IMG/VR virus record: IMGVR_UViG_3300042691_021876
Location: 32,001-96,000 of that record
Origin: a virus
Direction: 5' to 3' (one strand)
DNA: 64,000 nt
Below the pieces are notes generated by a model, which ran no database searches, was not told the origin of the DNA, and saw nothing but the letters and a program-made list of their open reading frames with translations. Each line of letters opens with the position of its first letter. Positions within the stretch are counted from its first letter, which is position 1. Made by a program: the position numbers and the translations under genes. Shown one piece after another: positions 39,258-49,414 of the stretch.

Positions 39258-39683
39258 CTAAAATAATCTCTTAATGTTTTTCTTTTTAAAGATATTGTAT
39301 TTTACATCCAATTCTTTAAGTAACGCTTCTTTGTATACCGGAGCAAGTTCTTCATATAGTAAATCATATGATATGCTCATAAATTCTGCAATGGCAACGA
39401 ATTTTTCTACAGGCGGTATCCCTTTAGAATTTCTTAAGTTGTCATCAAAGTAATAATAGATTTTGGCAACATCTCCTCGAACAACTTTTTTGTTCTTTGA
39501 GTATTCTTCATAAAAGTCAGATGTTTGGAATATCTCGTACAAGTCTTCTTGTAAACGATTATCTGTGTATTCTTCAAATGTATCACGAGGGATGTATTTG
39601 TCATGAACCTTAATTGCCCCAAAGGTTTCATACTCTATGTCGCCCGTGTTATAACGATTGTTAAAAATTTTATCTTCTTTCAT
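39258..39683 (-). CDS. hypothetical protein
   Basis: 141-aa ORF coupled between helicase and gp47-like genes. Confidence 0.65.
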   Translation of the reverse strand: MKEDKIFNNRYNTGDIEYETFGAIKVHDKYIPRDTFEEYTDNRLQEDLYEIFQTSDFYEEYSKNKKVVRGDVAKIYYYFDDNLRNSKGIPPVEKFVAIAEFMSISYDLLYEELAPVYKEALLKELDVKYNIFKKKNIKRLF

Positions 39684-40984
39684 TATTCAGATGTCATTTG
39701 GGAGTCAGGATCTTGAGTAATTCTCATAAGATCATAACTAATTAAAAATTTCTGACGAGCATTTTTGTACCCATCATTACGATTTGCAATTAACTTAAGA
39801 ATGTATTCTCGATTGGCATGCATGATTTCATCTTGTATGATACCAAACATTGCATCAACCGTATGTCCTAATGCTGCAGATTCTGAAATGTTATTTGCAC
39901 TTAAGTCAGTACTTCCAAAGCCTGAACGGTTAATTTGAGTTGCTGTAACGATTGCCCAGTTATTCCTCATTGCCATAGCTCGAAGATCTTCAGCAATTTG
40001 CTTAATCTTCATGTATGTATTCTCTGAGTTAGGATTTCTCCAGTTCTTCAAGATATTAATATAGTCAAGTACAATTACTTTAAACTTAATACCTTTAATT
40101 TCCTCCATCTTGATTAAGTATCTTTCTATGTCAGGTACACCTGCAGATGAAGTAGGAAATTCTTTTACATAAAGTTTACCTGGAACCTGCAGACTTTCAT
40201 AACCCATGTTAGCAATCTTTTGCTTCATTAAGGTTTTATCTTCAGCAAGATTATCATATTCCTTCATGTTAATTCCTAACAAGTTGGCACCAAGACGTTT
40301 AATAAGTTTACGGTCACGCATCTCTAAAGATAGAACCGCTGTGTTATACCCAAGTTTAACTGAGTTTGCCGCAACGTTTGCTAACCAGATTGACTTACCA
40401 ATCTTCATTTCACCAATAAAACAAAATAGTGCTTTAGAATACCATCCGCCACCAAGAACAAGATCCATCATAGGTATTCCTGAGCTAAAAGTATCTGTGG
40501 CAGGCTGTAAGTGAGATTCAGGATTAAAGAAGTCCAAACCTTCATCAAAATTAAACTGAATGTTATTTCTTTCAGTAATAATGTTTTTGGCATTTTGAAC
40601 TACATCTTTAACATTCTCTGTTGTAACTTTTGTAGTCTTAAGATAATTTAATAGGTCGTATACGGAAAGGTCAAGATTCTTATATTCAATCCAAGATTCA
40701 GCAGTTTCTTTTAGCCATTCTTCCTCGTATTCTTTAAGATTAACTTCATAAAGATAATCTATCTTTTTGCTGTCAAGTTCATCAGACAGACCTTTCATTT
40801 TGATTAATTCATTAATCTGTTGGCGGGTCGGTACATCTGTATACTTTTCAGAAAATTCTTGTACGATTTCGTATATCTTACGAATGTCTGCAGTATCGAA
40901 AAATCTTGACTTAACGATATCCAGAAGCTCTCTTCTCTCTATGAGATAATGAAAGAATATTTTTTCTAAGTGTGTTGCTACCAT
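39683..40984 (-). CDS. replicative DnaB-like helicase (T4 gp41)
   Basis: GEMKIGKS, SLEM, VKEFPT, LDYINI, IAEDLRAMA, TATQINR. Confidence 0.92.
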   Translation of the reverse strand: MVATHLEKIFFHYLIERRELLDIVKSRFFDTADIRKIYEIVQEFSEKYTDVPTRQQINELIKMKGLSDELDSKKIDYLYEVNLKEYEEEWLKETAESWIEYKNLDLSVYDLLNYLKTTKVTTENVKDVVQNAKNIITERNNIQFNFDEGLDFFNPESHLQPATDTFSSGIPMMDLVLGGGWYSKALFCFIGEMKIGKSIWLANVAANSVKLGYNTAVLSLEMRDRKLIKRLGANLLGINMKEYDNLAEDKTLMKQKIANMGYESLQVPGKLYVKEFPTSSAGVPDIERYLIKMEEIKGIKFKVIVLDYINILKNWRNPNSENTYMKIKQIAEDLRAMAMRNNWAIVTATQINRSGFGSTDLSANNISESAALGHTVDAMFGIIQDEIMHANREYILKLIANRNDGYKNARQKFLISYDLMRITQDPDSQMTSE

Positions 40985-41015
40985 ATTAAGTTATATACTC
41001 GACTGTATAAATAGT

Positions 41016-41345
41016 TTACATCCACGGGTTTCTAATTAGCCTGTAATAGCCTTTAGACCTTTCTGTTCGAGTTTTTTGTAAAAGTAATTCATCAGGTGGT
41101 AAAGTATCATCTGCAATAGAATCCAAGAAATCTCTAAATTCCTTAAGTGTTCCAATACAAGATTTCATTTGCCCCCAAATGTTTTCAGCTACAAACTCGC
41201 GGTCAAGCCAAGTGCCATCTTCGTCCCCCTCTTCTAATGCACGTATCATTACATACACACGATCCGTATGAGAAGGAAACCCTGGAACTTCATTGTAGAT
41301 TTCCAGGGCATACTTAACTTCTAGTTTGTTTTGATTAATCCTCAT
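41016..41345 (-). CDS. hypothetical protein
   Basis: ORF after uvsX; ATG at 41345 chosen to minimise overlap. Confidence 0.6.
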   Translation of the reverse strand: MRINQNKLEVKYALEIYNEVPGFPSHTDRVYVMIRALEEGDEDGTWLDREFVAENIWGQMKSCIGTLKEFRDFLDSIADDTLPPDELLLQKTRTERSKGYYRLIRNPWM

Positions 41346-42588
41346 CACTGTTGTCATCAATAATGTCGTCCATTTCAAGTTCTTCCAATTCTGACAAGTC
41401 AGCAATATTTGGAAGCATGAACATTTTCTTGATTACCTTTTCATCAAGTTCTCTAAGTACTTCTTCAGTAATTACTTTTGAAGTAAATAGTTCTGAAGGT
41501 TTTAATTCCGCACCTAAGTGGCGAACTACAATAGTTCTTGCAGTTTCTTTTGGTTCAAGATAAAGAACTCGAGTATTTCCGTTTTCATCAGTGTGCTCAA
41601 AACGAGTAGGTCCGATAATTGCCTCAGCAGGTTTACCAGCCACGTGTTTATCAAAACCTTTTTGGTCCATAAGTTTTCCTTTTTGGATTCCGCAGTTTTC
41701 CCAGTTAATAAAAGATTCTAATCCAACGTATGGATTCATACCTTTATAAAAACTGATGTGGAACTTAACAGGAATAGGACGAGCAAAACGATTCTTTGCA
41801 GCTTTTGATGTTACAATGATACCTGTCTTTTGTACACCTGCGGCAGCAGCCTCATCACCGCCTTCTTTAAGACCAGCTTTAGAAAGTTGTAAAATTACTG
41901 AAGCATTATAGATTGCTCCGCCTCCACCAGAAATAGTTTGTCCTGGTATGAATGAACCGATACTTGCGTATGTGTGATTAGTAAAGATAAACGGAATTTT
42001 CATTTCAGCAAGATCCGTTGTAATTACACGGAATAAAGAACGAAGTTCTTGTTGCTTTGTCATATCCTTTTTTTCACTTCCGCTCATTGCGTCGGTTCTT
42101 TCTTTGTTGGTAGCAAGGTTACCTAAAGAGTCAAGTACAAGCATGATCTTAGGAAGTTCAGTTCCTTTATCTTTTGCTTTTTTCAATGTATCACATAAGT
42201 TAGCAACAAAGTGACGTACCTCTTGTGGAGTACTTACTGGTTGATAACGGAATTTCTCAGGATCTACTCCAAAGTTACGAATGATATCTTCATCAACCGC
42301 AGCCTCAGAATCCATGTATATAATGTTGTAGCCCATTTTCTGAGCCTCACGACAAGCATTAAGTGTTAAGAAGGTTTTCCCAGTACCAGATTCACCTGCC
42401 ACACAGATAGATCTTGAATTAGGATAACCGCCAAACAGACTGCCACTAAGCTGAGCATTAAGTAAGTAATTTCCAGTCCCAATCCATTCATCAATTTTTG
42501 AGAATGTGTTAATTGTGATAATAGAACCTTTATCATTTACTTTAGTAAGCGCCGTGTCCAGATCTGTAAAAGAGAGTTGTTTAGCCAT
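41335..42588 (-). CDS. uvsX: RecA/UvsX recombinase
   Basis: AGESGTGKT, DSE, LDSLGNL, TNHTY, GGGG..YNAS. Confidence 0.92.
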   Translation of the reverse strand: MAKQLSFTDLDTALTKVNDKGSIITINTFSKIDEWIGTGNYLLNAQLSGSLFGGYPNSRSICVAGESGTGKTFLTLNACREAQKMGYNIIYMDSEAAVDEDIIRNFGVDPEKFRYQPVSTPQEVRHFVANLCDTLKKAKDKGTELPKIMLVLDSLGNLATNKERTDAMSGSEKKDMTKQQELRSLFRVITTDLAEMKIPFIFTNHTYASIGSFIPGQTISGGGGAIYNASVILQLSKAGLKEGGDEAAAAGVQKTGIIVTSKAAKNRFARPIPVKFHISFYKGMNPYVGLESFINWENCGIQKGKLMDQKGFDKHVAGKPAEAIIGPTRFEHTDENGNTRVLYLEPKETARTIVVRHLGAELKPSELFTSKVITEEVLRELDEKVIKKMFMLPNIADLSELEELEMDDIIDDNSDED

Positions 42589-42604
42589 TTTTAGAATTTT
42601 ATTT

Positions 42605-43786
42605 TTAGAATAGTTGTGTTCTTACAATTAGCTCCGTAGAAATTGGAGGTAAACCTATTGCACTAATGAAACGATTAAGTGGGTCAATGATGTTCTTTGC
42701 AAATTGTGTATCATAATCTACAGGTGGCGCAAATTCAATAGGATGGTTTCCAGGTAAATAAGCAAATACATTTTCACCAACACCGTGGTCGGTCTTTGCA
42801 TAATAGTATCTAACTTTGTCACCAGATTTGATTAATTGATATTTGTTTTTCCACTTACTGTTATTTAACATGTAATTATGAAAACCTGCAGCCCTGACGT
42901 GCATAGGACAATGATTATTCAGAATAAGTTTCTTACGGTCGTCAGCAACTCCTTTTTCGTAATCCGTAATACCCGAAGACATAGAAATGTTTTCAATATT
43001 ATCTAAGATAAATCCATCTTTTTCTTTTTTCAGCAAGTCAGCAAGTGCTCGCATATTAAGTTTGGTTTTTTCTTTAAAGATAATCTTTAAAAGCTCTTTC
43101 AGTTTGTTACGAGCAAATAGTGGAGTAGACGATTGCACGATCTCAACACCTACCGCTTTGATTTTTTCTAAAGGTTCATAATTAATACCTTCGCCCTGAC
43201 CATCTTTCCAAGCAATATCCATACAGTACTTTTTCTTTTTCAAAAGAATAACTGAATATGAAATAGTTTCCATTTCAAGATCTTGTATGTTTTCGGTTCC
43301 TGTTTGTGCGGCATAAGTTGCATATGATTTCTCAATGTAACCTTTAATCCTGTGTTTGTAAATTCCTTTTAATAAATCACGGGGGTCACCTGCCCAATCA
43401 CAACCTTTAACAACTTCTTGAAACGTGATGTAACAAGAGTCAGTATCACCGTAGATTGAAACGTCTTGAGTAACTTTATCCGCTCGAGTAATGCCAAGGA
43501 TATTATGCAATTCTTTATCACGGTGCCAAAAATCCAAAAAGTATCTGTTGAATATCTTGGTAGCAATTCCGCGGACCTCCTGGCCTTGCAGTGTAATAGC
43601 CTCAGCAACTCTAACGTTATACCCTACGAAATACGGTGATGCAGTAGCACCATAAACCGAGTTAATGAAAATCTTGATTGCCTGCTCCTCATTCTTTTTC
43701 AAATTCATGAGATTGGTCAGACGATTAATCTCTGCCGTGATCTCCTCCTTTGAAGCATTCGTCGGGTCGATCTTGCAGTATTTCAT
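42605..43786 (-). CDS. B-family DNA polymerase, C-terminal subunit (fingers-palm-thumb)
   Basis: motif B KIFINSVYG, motif C YGDTDS, KKKY, GVEIVQSSTP. Confidence 0.92.
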   Translation of the reverse strand: MKYCKIDPTNASKEEITAEINRLTNLMNLKKNEEQAIKIFINSVYGATASPYFVGYNVRVAEAITLQGQEVRGIATKIFNRYFLDFWHRDKELHNILGITRADKVTQDVSIYGDTDSCYITFQEVVKGCDWAGDPRDLLKGIYKHRIKGYIEKSYATYAAQTGTENIQDLEMETISYSVILLKKKKYCMDIAWKDGQGEGINYEPLEKIKAVGVEIVQSSTPLFARNKLKELLKIIFKEKTKLNMRALADLLKKEKDGFILDNIENISMSSGITDYEKGVADDRKKLILNNHCPMHVRAAGFHNYMLNNSKWKNKYQLIKSGDKVRYYYAKTDHGVGENVFAYLPGNHPIEFAPPVDYDTQFAKNIIDPLNRFISAIGLPPISTELIVRTQLF

Positions 43787-44532
43787 TAGTCAGCTTTTCC
43801 GATAATCATTTTAGTTTCAGTTTCAATAGAATGGAAGATTAATCTATCTTCATTCATATACACCATTGTGTCTTCTTTATCCAAGTAAGCAAATTGAGAT
43901 TTGTAAACTGAAATAGTCAAGTTAGCAGCAGTATCATCAATGTTTAACAAGTTTAAGTTAAATGATTTCCCTGATGCTTTAACTACTCCATTTTTAACAG
44001 AAAGTGTTAAAAGTTTTTGGTCTGGGTCAAGTGACACAAGAGAGTTAATTCTTGCCTGTAATTCTTTAGTAAGAACAAAGCTAGTTTGTGCAGATTCATT
44101 GTTTGAAATACGATCCATCATCTCATCAGTAATGTGAGTGAATAATCTTAATGATGCACATTGGTAATTAATGTCAAGAGAATCATTTTTTAATGTGATT
44201 CCTGTTCCTACTAATCCTTCAGCAGTGTTTTCAGTATCAAGATTAAACTCGATGTTAGATTCACCGAAGTGAGAAAAAGATTTCATCAATCTGTCAAGAG
44301 AGATTACACCAAAAAGTAATTCTTGTTCTGGTGTTTGCGCTTCGTCACCGAAGATTCTGCTTAGTTCAATCTTTGATGATTTCACAACACTTCTTTCAGG
44401 TGTGTGAGTTTTTGCTTTAAGATAACCACCGTCTACTTCAATAAGTAATGATGGAGCAACAGAAGAAAAACGTTTTAAGAAATTTGTTAGCTCTTCAGAA
44501 GATTGTAACTGTAAGTTAAGTTGATTGCTCAT
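43786..44532 (-). CDS. putative sliding clamp (gp45-like)
   Basis: 248 aa, FLKRFSSV..SLLI N-terminus, coupled to the polymerase gene, middle promoter. Confidence 0.55.
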   Translation of the reverse strand: MSNQLNLQLQSSEELTNFLKRFSSVAPSLLIEVDGGYLKAKTHTPERSVVKSSKIELSRIFGDEAQTPEQELLFGVISLDRLMKSFSHFGESNIEFNLDTENTAEGLVGTGITLKNDSLDINYQCASLRLFTHITDEMMDRISNNESAQTSFVLTKELQARINSLVSLDPDQKLLTLSVKNGVVKASGKSFNLNLLNIDDTAANLTISVYKSQFAYLDKEDTMVYMNEDRLIFHSIETETKMIIGKAD

Positions 44533-44591
44533 TAGTTGTAATTTAATTTAGTTTAGTTTAAGTTTATATTCATTTATTAGTAATAAGTTCT

Positions 44592-45197
44592 TTATATGAC
44601 CTCATCAATTAGACCATATTTTTTGCATTTCTTTGCGTTCCACCAAATATCACGAGATAAGATTTTATCCATCTCTTCCGCTGGAATTTGCGTATACTTT
44701 TTATAATGTTTCTTAATGGTTTTCATAATACCTTCATTATTGTCCAAGTGATCTTTCATTGCTGAATGTTTACCCCAGCAGGCATCACTAAGTTCATGAA
44801 CAAGCATGTAAGCATTTTCTCTCATTAATCTTTTTGATCCAGCCACAGATATAATTGTTGCGCCAGATGCCGCGGCACCTTCAACAATAGTTATAATAGG
44901 AACTACTTTTGAGATTCTTGCAATGGTGTCAGCAATAGCAAAAGACGCAAACACATCACCACCCATAGAATTGATATGTAACCAAATAGGGGCTGGCGGA
45001 TTAACTTCATGCATTGATGAAAATGCTGAAGGTGCCATTTGCATTGAAACTTGTTGTAAAATTTTGTTTAGCTCAAGAGCTGATTCTGAGGTTACTTCGG
45101 TATAAAAATACACGTGATCATTTAATACTGATACACCGCTACCTCCCGGCATTGAAAAATCCGTGTCGTCGTTTGATTTGTCTTTATCTTTATTCAT
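44592..45197 (-). CDS. ClpP-like serine protease
   Basis: IWLHINSMGGDV, GAAASGATIISVAG, LVHELS, DIWW.A..C..YGLIDEV; start moved to ATG at 45197. Confidence 0.85.
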   Translation of the reverse strand: MNKDKDKSNDDTDFSMPGGSGVSVLNDHVYFYTEVTSESALELNKILQQVSMQMAPSAFSSMHEVNPPAPIWLHINSMGGDVFASFAIADTIARISKVVPIITIVEGAAASGATIISVAGSKRLMRENAYMLVHELSDACWGKHSAMKDHLDNNEGIMKTIKKHYKKYTQIPAEEMDKILSRDIWWNAKKCKKYGLIDEVI

Positions 45198-46608
45198 ATT
45201 GGTTGGATTCTTCTTCATCATCCTCGGATTGTGAATTGCCAAATACGGCAATACCATCGATTTCTTCTTCATCAATAAATAAGTTCATTGAAGAGCTGCT
45301 TCTATTTTGTGTTCCACGAGATTTTGCTGTATCTGTTAGTCCACTTAAAATTTCTATTGCTGCGTTAAGTTCGATAGTTTGCGCTTTTAACTCTTCGGTT
45401 AGTTCTTTAATTTTTTCTCGCGTTCTTTGCAATTCTTGTTCTGTTAATGACTTAAGATAAATTGAGTCAAGACGACGACGAACATTAGGATATCCTTTAG
45501 TTAAGCCTTTAAGGAATGCCTCAATATCTTCATCAGTATACATCTTGCTCTTTTTAGCTTCAAGCATGTACAGTAAATATTTTTCTTTAAATGTAGAAAA
45601 TAATAATTCTTCATCCGCCTCTTTCTTAAAGTACTCTAGTCTTTTTACTTTAAGTTCAGCCAGACGGTAGCGATAATCGTCAATGTAATCTTCAATACGA
45701 TTATATTCTAATACCATTCCATCTTTAACAAATACTGGTGTTTCAGTTACAATCATTTTAGTTGCTTTCTCAACAGCTTCAACAAAGACTGGCCATTCAG
45801 CCTTGCTTCCAGAAAACTGTAAAAGAACATCAACGTTTGCTTGTGAGTTATTTGTTATTTTAATTGGATGTTTTTCAATAAGAGCTTCAACTTTTTTCAA
45901 GAATGAGCCGTATTTCATTAATGGTGGTAATTCAGTAACACGAATTGTATGGGCTGTTTGGTTTATTTCAATAGCACCTTCAATTAACCAAGTTTTATCT
46001 AATCCTTTATATCTTGTTACTTTACCGCCAAAGTTTTTAAACTTTGGTTTAACTTCTTTAACTTTTCCGTCAAGATATTTTTGAACATCATTAAGATCTC
46101 TTGGTAAAACAGTAGTTGCATATCCAACAGCAATACCTATGATGGTATTAGTAAGACCTATAGGTAGGTCAACCCAGAGTGGGTTCCACGCGCCTTCATC
46201 ATTTTTTAAGTTTAAGAAGCTGCTTTTACGAATCATTTCAGCAATCTTAGGGTTTATACGAACAGACGTATAACGAGCAGCAGATGCTTCATGATTAACT
46301 GGAGATCCAAAGAATCCGTCTCCAAGAAGTAATTGCTCTGAATTTCCAAAAGGACGAGCTAGTTTGTTTATTGCACCGGTTAATGATTTGTCACCGTGGT
46401 GATATCCATCAGTAATACAGGCACCTACCACAGATAAAGATTTGTTAAAACTATGTGGAGCATTCAGCATGATAATTCGCTGAACATTTGTAAGTCCATC
46501 ATAAAAAGAAGGAATCCCGCGATTTTCTAAAACATATAAAGCATAGTTTCTGAAGTTGGTATCAATCTGTCTGGAGATAGGTAAAGGATAAATTTTAGAT
46601 TTTGCCAT
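45190..46608 (-). CDS. type II topoisomerase, GyrA/ParC-like subunit (T4 gp52)
   Basis: RGIPSFYDGL..VQR, YHHGD, G.FGS, ASAARYT, GIAVGYAT. Confidence 0.92.
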   Translation of the reverse strand: MAKSKIYPLPISRQIDTNFRNYALYVLENRGIPSFYDGLTNVQRIIMLNAPHSFNKSLSVVGACITDGYHHGDKSLTGAINKLARPFGNSEQLLLGDGFFGSPVNHEASAARYTSVRINPKIAEMIRKSSFLNLKNDEGAWNPLWVDLPIGLTNTIIGIAVGYATTVLPRDLNDVQKYLDGKVKEVKPKFKNFGGKVTRYKGLDKTWLIEGAIEINQTAHTIRVTELPPLMKYGSFLKKVEALIEKHPIKITNNSQANVDVLLQFSGSKAEWPVFVEAVEKATKMIVTETPVFVKDGMVLEYNRIEDYIDDYRYRLAELKVKRLEYFKKEADEELLFSTFKEKYLLYMLEAKKSKMYTDEDIEAFLKGLTKGYPNVRRRLDSIYLKSLTEQELQRTREKIKELTEELKAQTIELNAAIEILSGLTDTAKSRGTQNRSSSSMNLFIDEEEIDGIAVFGNSQSEDDEEESNQYE

Positions 46609-46663
46609 TTAAGTACAAGTATTTATGATTATATTCTCGAGTGGGTAATTAGTTTTTGGAAAC

Positions 46664-46696
46664 AAAAAAGGAACTCGAAATTAATCGGTTCCTTTT
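46664..46696 (-). terminator. intrinsic terminator
   Basis: minus AAAAGGAACCGA-TTAATT-TCGAGTTCCTTTTTT. Confidence 0.7.
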
Positions 46697-46717
46697 GTAA
46701 ATGATATGTTTAAAAGA

Positions 46718-47056
46718 TTAGTCTTCAGGCAATTCCTCAACTTCATCTTCTTCTTCGTCTTCATCTTCTTCTTCTTTTTCTTCCTCTTCACCTGCGTCTT
46801 TAGCAGCATCATCAGCAACTTCTTCAGTTTCTTCTTCAGTTTCTTCAGCAGGAGCATCTTCTGTTGCGTCAGCGGCAGCATCAGTTTCAGCAGCAGCTAT
46901 TTTTGCAGCTTCAGGATTTTCTTCTTTGTCGGTTTCAGCACCAGCATCGGTGTTTACATCCTCTACATCTGTTGTAGTTTCAGTGTCCTCAGTATCTACA
47001 TTCTGTTTTACTAAATCTTCCTTAACAAATGCCTCAAACGTTTTTAAATGTTTCAT
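46718..47056 (-). CDS. very acidic protein with capsid-targeting-like N-terminus
   Basis: MKHLKTFEAFVKE followed by E/D/A/T low-complexity sequence. Confidence 0.7.
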   Translation of the reverse strand: MKHLKTFEAFVKEDLVKQNVDTEDTETTTDVEDVNTDAGAETDKEENPEAAKIAAAETDAAADATEDAPAEETEEETEEVADDAAKDAGEEEEKEEEDEDEEEDEVEELPED

Positions 47057-47076
47057 TGTTATCTTGGTTTTTATTT

Positions 47077-47436
47077 TTATTTTAAAGTAAGTAAATACTT
47101 AAGTTGTTGAACGTCGGCAATAATCTCATCTTTGATGTTAGCCAATTCAGAATCTTGTTCTGCCATGAAAGCATCAACAAAAAATTCTTCAACAGATTTT
47201 AAGAAAGCATCTATTTTAATACTATCATAATCAGCAAGTGTAAATTCTGTTGCTCCACCTAATCTTGGTCTTTGGTATTTACCGCTGTAAACTTCAATTA
47301 AACGGTCAAACTTATCACCTAATGATTCATACGTTCTGTCAAAGGCATTATGTTCTGCAAATGACTCAGTCTGCCAGTGTAAAATTTTTATCTGTGCTGA
47401 AATTTGCAATACATTTAATAAAAGTTCTTTTTCCAT
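47077..47436 (-). CDS. small ferritin/Dps-like protein (DUF5856-like)
   Basis: LHWQT.SFAEH.AFD..YE.L....DRLIE, KYLLTLK; late motif at 47462. Confidence 0.7.
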   Translation of the reverse strand: MEKELLLNVLQISAQIKILHWQTESFAEHNAFDRTYESLGDKFDRLIEVYSGKYQRPRLGGATEFTLADYDSIKIDAFLKSVEEFFVDAFMAEQDSELANIKDEIIADVQQLKYLLTLK

Positions 47437-47482
47437 TTTTATATTCTATTTTGATATTTGGTATATATCACAAGAATAATTC

Positions 47483-49300
47483 CTAGATTGTGCCCTCAAG
47501 CCAGCGTTTTCTTTTTGTAGAGTTTGCGCCGAAAGCAATATCAATAAATTTAGCAGCAGAACGATCTTGTCGGATTCTGAACATTTGTCTTTCAGACATA
47601 ACCACTTCCCAATCTTGTATACTTAAAGATCCTAAACCTTTTAAGTAACGAACTCCTTTATAAGCTGTGCCGCTTTGTTCAAAGGCTGCCCATTCTTGTA
47701 ATGAATAAAAGTATTTTCTTTTTCCACTTACCTCAGCAGAAACAAGCGGAGTAATTAAAATGTTAAGTTTATTTTGTTCTATGACTTGTGGAAACCACTT
47801 ATAAAACAAGTTAATCACTAATGAAGCAATGTGCCCAATACCATCGGGGTCCCAATCAGTAGAAATAGCAATATTTGCAAATGAACATTTGCTGCCATCA
47901 CGAGGATCAAGATTCAAAATATTCATCAAGTCAACAATTTCATTATTAGAGGATAAGTCAGAAATAGACCGAGCATTTTTAATCTTACCTTTAAGTGAAT
48001 AGACTGCATCAATTCTCGGATCTCTCTTTTGTAAAATAGATCCCATAGCTGAACTTCCTTCCACTATAAATAGTGTTCCTTTAGATTGTGAAGGCGGAAA
48101 GTACTTATCAGATATTTTTTTAGCAGCGGCTTTCTTTTTTGCTTTAAGAGCATTCATATCAGCCTTTAAGTTTCTTTCATCAATTTTCTTTTTGACGATT
48201 TCATAAAAAGTTGATCTTAAAATAGCCGGTCTTAATTTCTTAAAGAAATCTTTTTCAAGAGTTTGTTGTATTTCCCAACGGCCACCAGCATACTTAGTTT
48301 TGTTTTGGTCTGCAAACCTAACAAGTTTTGCTGGGAAGTTTAAGATAAGAAGAGTTTCATAAAAGTGATGGGCAGCATTGTACTCAAAGATATCATTAAC
48401 CCAGTCAGTGAATATCTTTTGATGAATACCTGTACATAAAGCACCGTTAATAAATGAAGCACTTGCAGCATTTTCATACTTATCCCAAATTACAAACATA
48501 CCGTGTTTTCCTGTAAAGGTTAAAGCATTCTCTGGTAGGAATTGTTGATTAAGATTAAGTTTCTCTCCATCAAACCAAAATTCAATTTCAAGATTTTGTA
48601 TAACGCCGTCTTGGTTCTTTAAGAACTCGCGGAAGATAAACATTGTGTGTAAGTATTCTTTATCCCAAGTACATCCTTTAAAGATATCCTTACGAGGAAT
48701 GTAAGTAACCGTAGTTCCAGTAGCAGTACCACGTTTCTTCGGTGTAGCATTTTCTGAAACCTTAACAAACTTATTCCAAGTTATATCATATTGGATTTCT
48801 GGGTTAATAGTAGTGATTGTGAATTCATCAGAAAGCATATTCACTAAAGCAGCACCTACACCGTTAGTTCCAATTAAGCTATCTGAAGAATCTTCATTAT
48901 AAAAATTTGAACCAGCTCTTAACATTGACATTGCTGTCTCTACGTTACTGGATTTCGTTTTAGAATTGATTTTTTCAGCATTAATAAATCCGCCGCCTGT
49001 ATCAGTTACAGTTACTCCATTAGTTTTGGAGTCAATCTTAACAATGATTTTAGGCATTGCGCCTTTCATTCTTTTTGCCTCATCAAAGGCATTGTCTACA
49101 ATTTCATTTAGCATCTTATAGAATCCGACAGAGAATATCTTATTCTTTTCTATAAGTTTTCCGTCTTCAACAATTTGTACTTTTTCTTCAGTTTTTTCGA
49201 CTGAACCGATATACATGGTAGGACGATGTATTACGTGCTCGAAGTCGGATAGCGCTACGATTTCCTTATTAGACGTTTGTTCTTTTTTTGCTTTTGCCAT
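47483..49300 (-). CDS. type II topoisomerase, GyrB/ParE-like subunit (gp39+gp60 in one ORF)
   Basis: HVIHRPTMYIGS, EIVDNAFDE, GTNGVG, VEGSSA, LKGKI, TDWDPDG, YLKGLGS. Confidence 0.93.
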   Translation of the reverse strand: MAKAKKEQTSNKEIVALSDFEHVIHRPTMYIGSVEKTEEKVQIVEDGKLIEKNKIFSVGFYKMLNEIVDNAFDEAKRMKGAMPKIIVKIDSKTNGVTVTDTGGGFINAEKINSKTKSSNVETAMSMLRAGSNFYNEDSSDSLIGTNGVGAALVNMLSDEFTITTINPEIQYDITWNKFVKVSENATPKKRGTATGTTVTYIPRKDIFKGCTWDKEYLHTMFIFREFLKNQDGVIQNLEIEFWFDGEKLNLNQQFLPENALTFTGKHGMFVIWDKYENAASASFINGALCTGIHQKIFTDWVNDIFEYNAAHHFYETLLILNFPAKLVRFADQNKTKYAGGRWEIQQTLEKDFFKKLRPAILRSTFYEIVKKKIDERNLKADMNALKAKKKAAAKKISDKYFPPSQSKGTLFIVEGSSAMGSILQKRDPRIDAVYSLKGKIKNARSISDLSSNNEIVDLMNILNLDPRDGSKCSFANIAISTDWDPDGIGHIASLVINLFYKWFPQVIEQNKLNILITPLVSAEVSGKRKYFYSLQEWAAFEQSGTAYKGVRYLKGLGSLSIQDWEVVMSERQMFRIRQDRSAAKFIDIAFGANSTKRKRWLEGTI

Positions 49301-49353
49301 AGTTACCTTTAGATGACTTTATTTTAATGTATAAGTATTATATTAATAAGAAT

Positions 49354-49386
49354 AAAAAAGTTCTGTAGAATTTATCTACAGAACTT
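49354..49386 (-). terminator. intrinsic terminator overlapping a middle-type -35
   Basis: perfect 12-bp stem AAGTTCTGTAGA / TCTACAGAACTT plus T run. Confidence 0.8.
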
Positions 49387-49414
49387 GTATGTTGGTATAA
49401 TGTTTTGGTTTATG

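Noticed and set aside
47483-49300. T4 gene 60-type translational bypass
   Set aside because: ATPase and TOPRIM motifs lie in one continuous ORF
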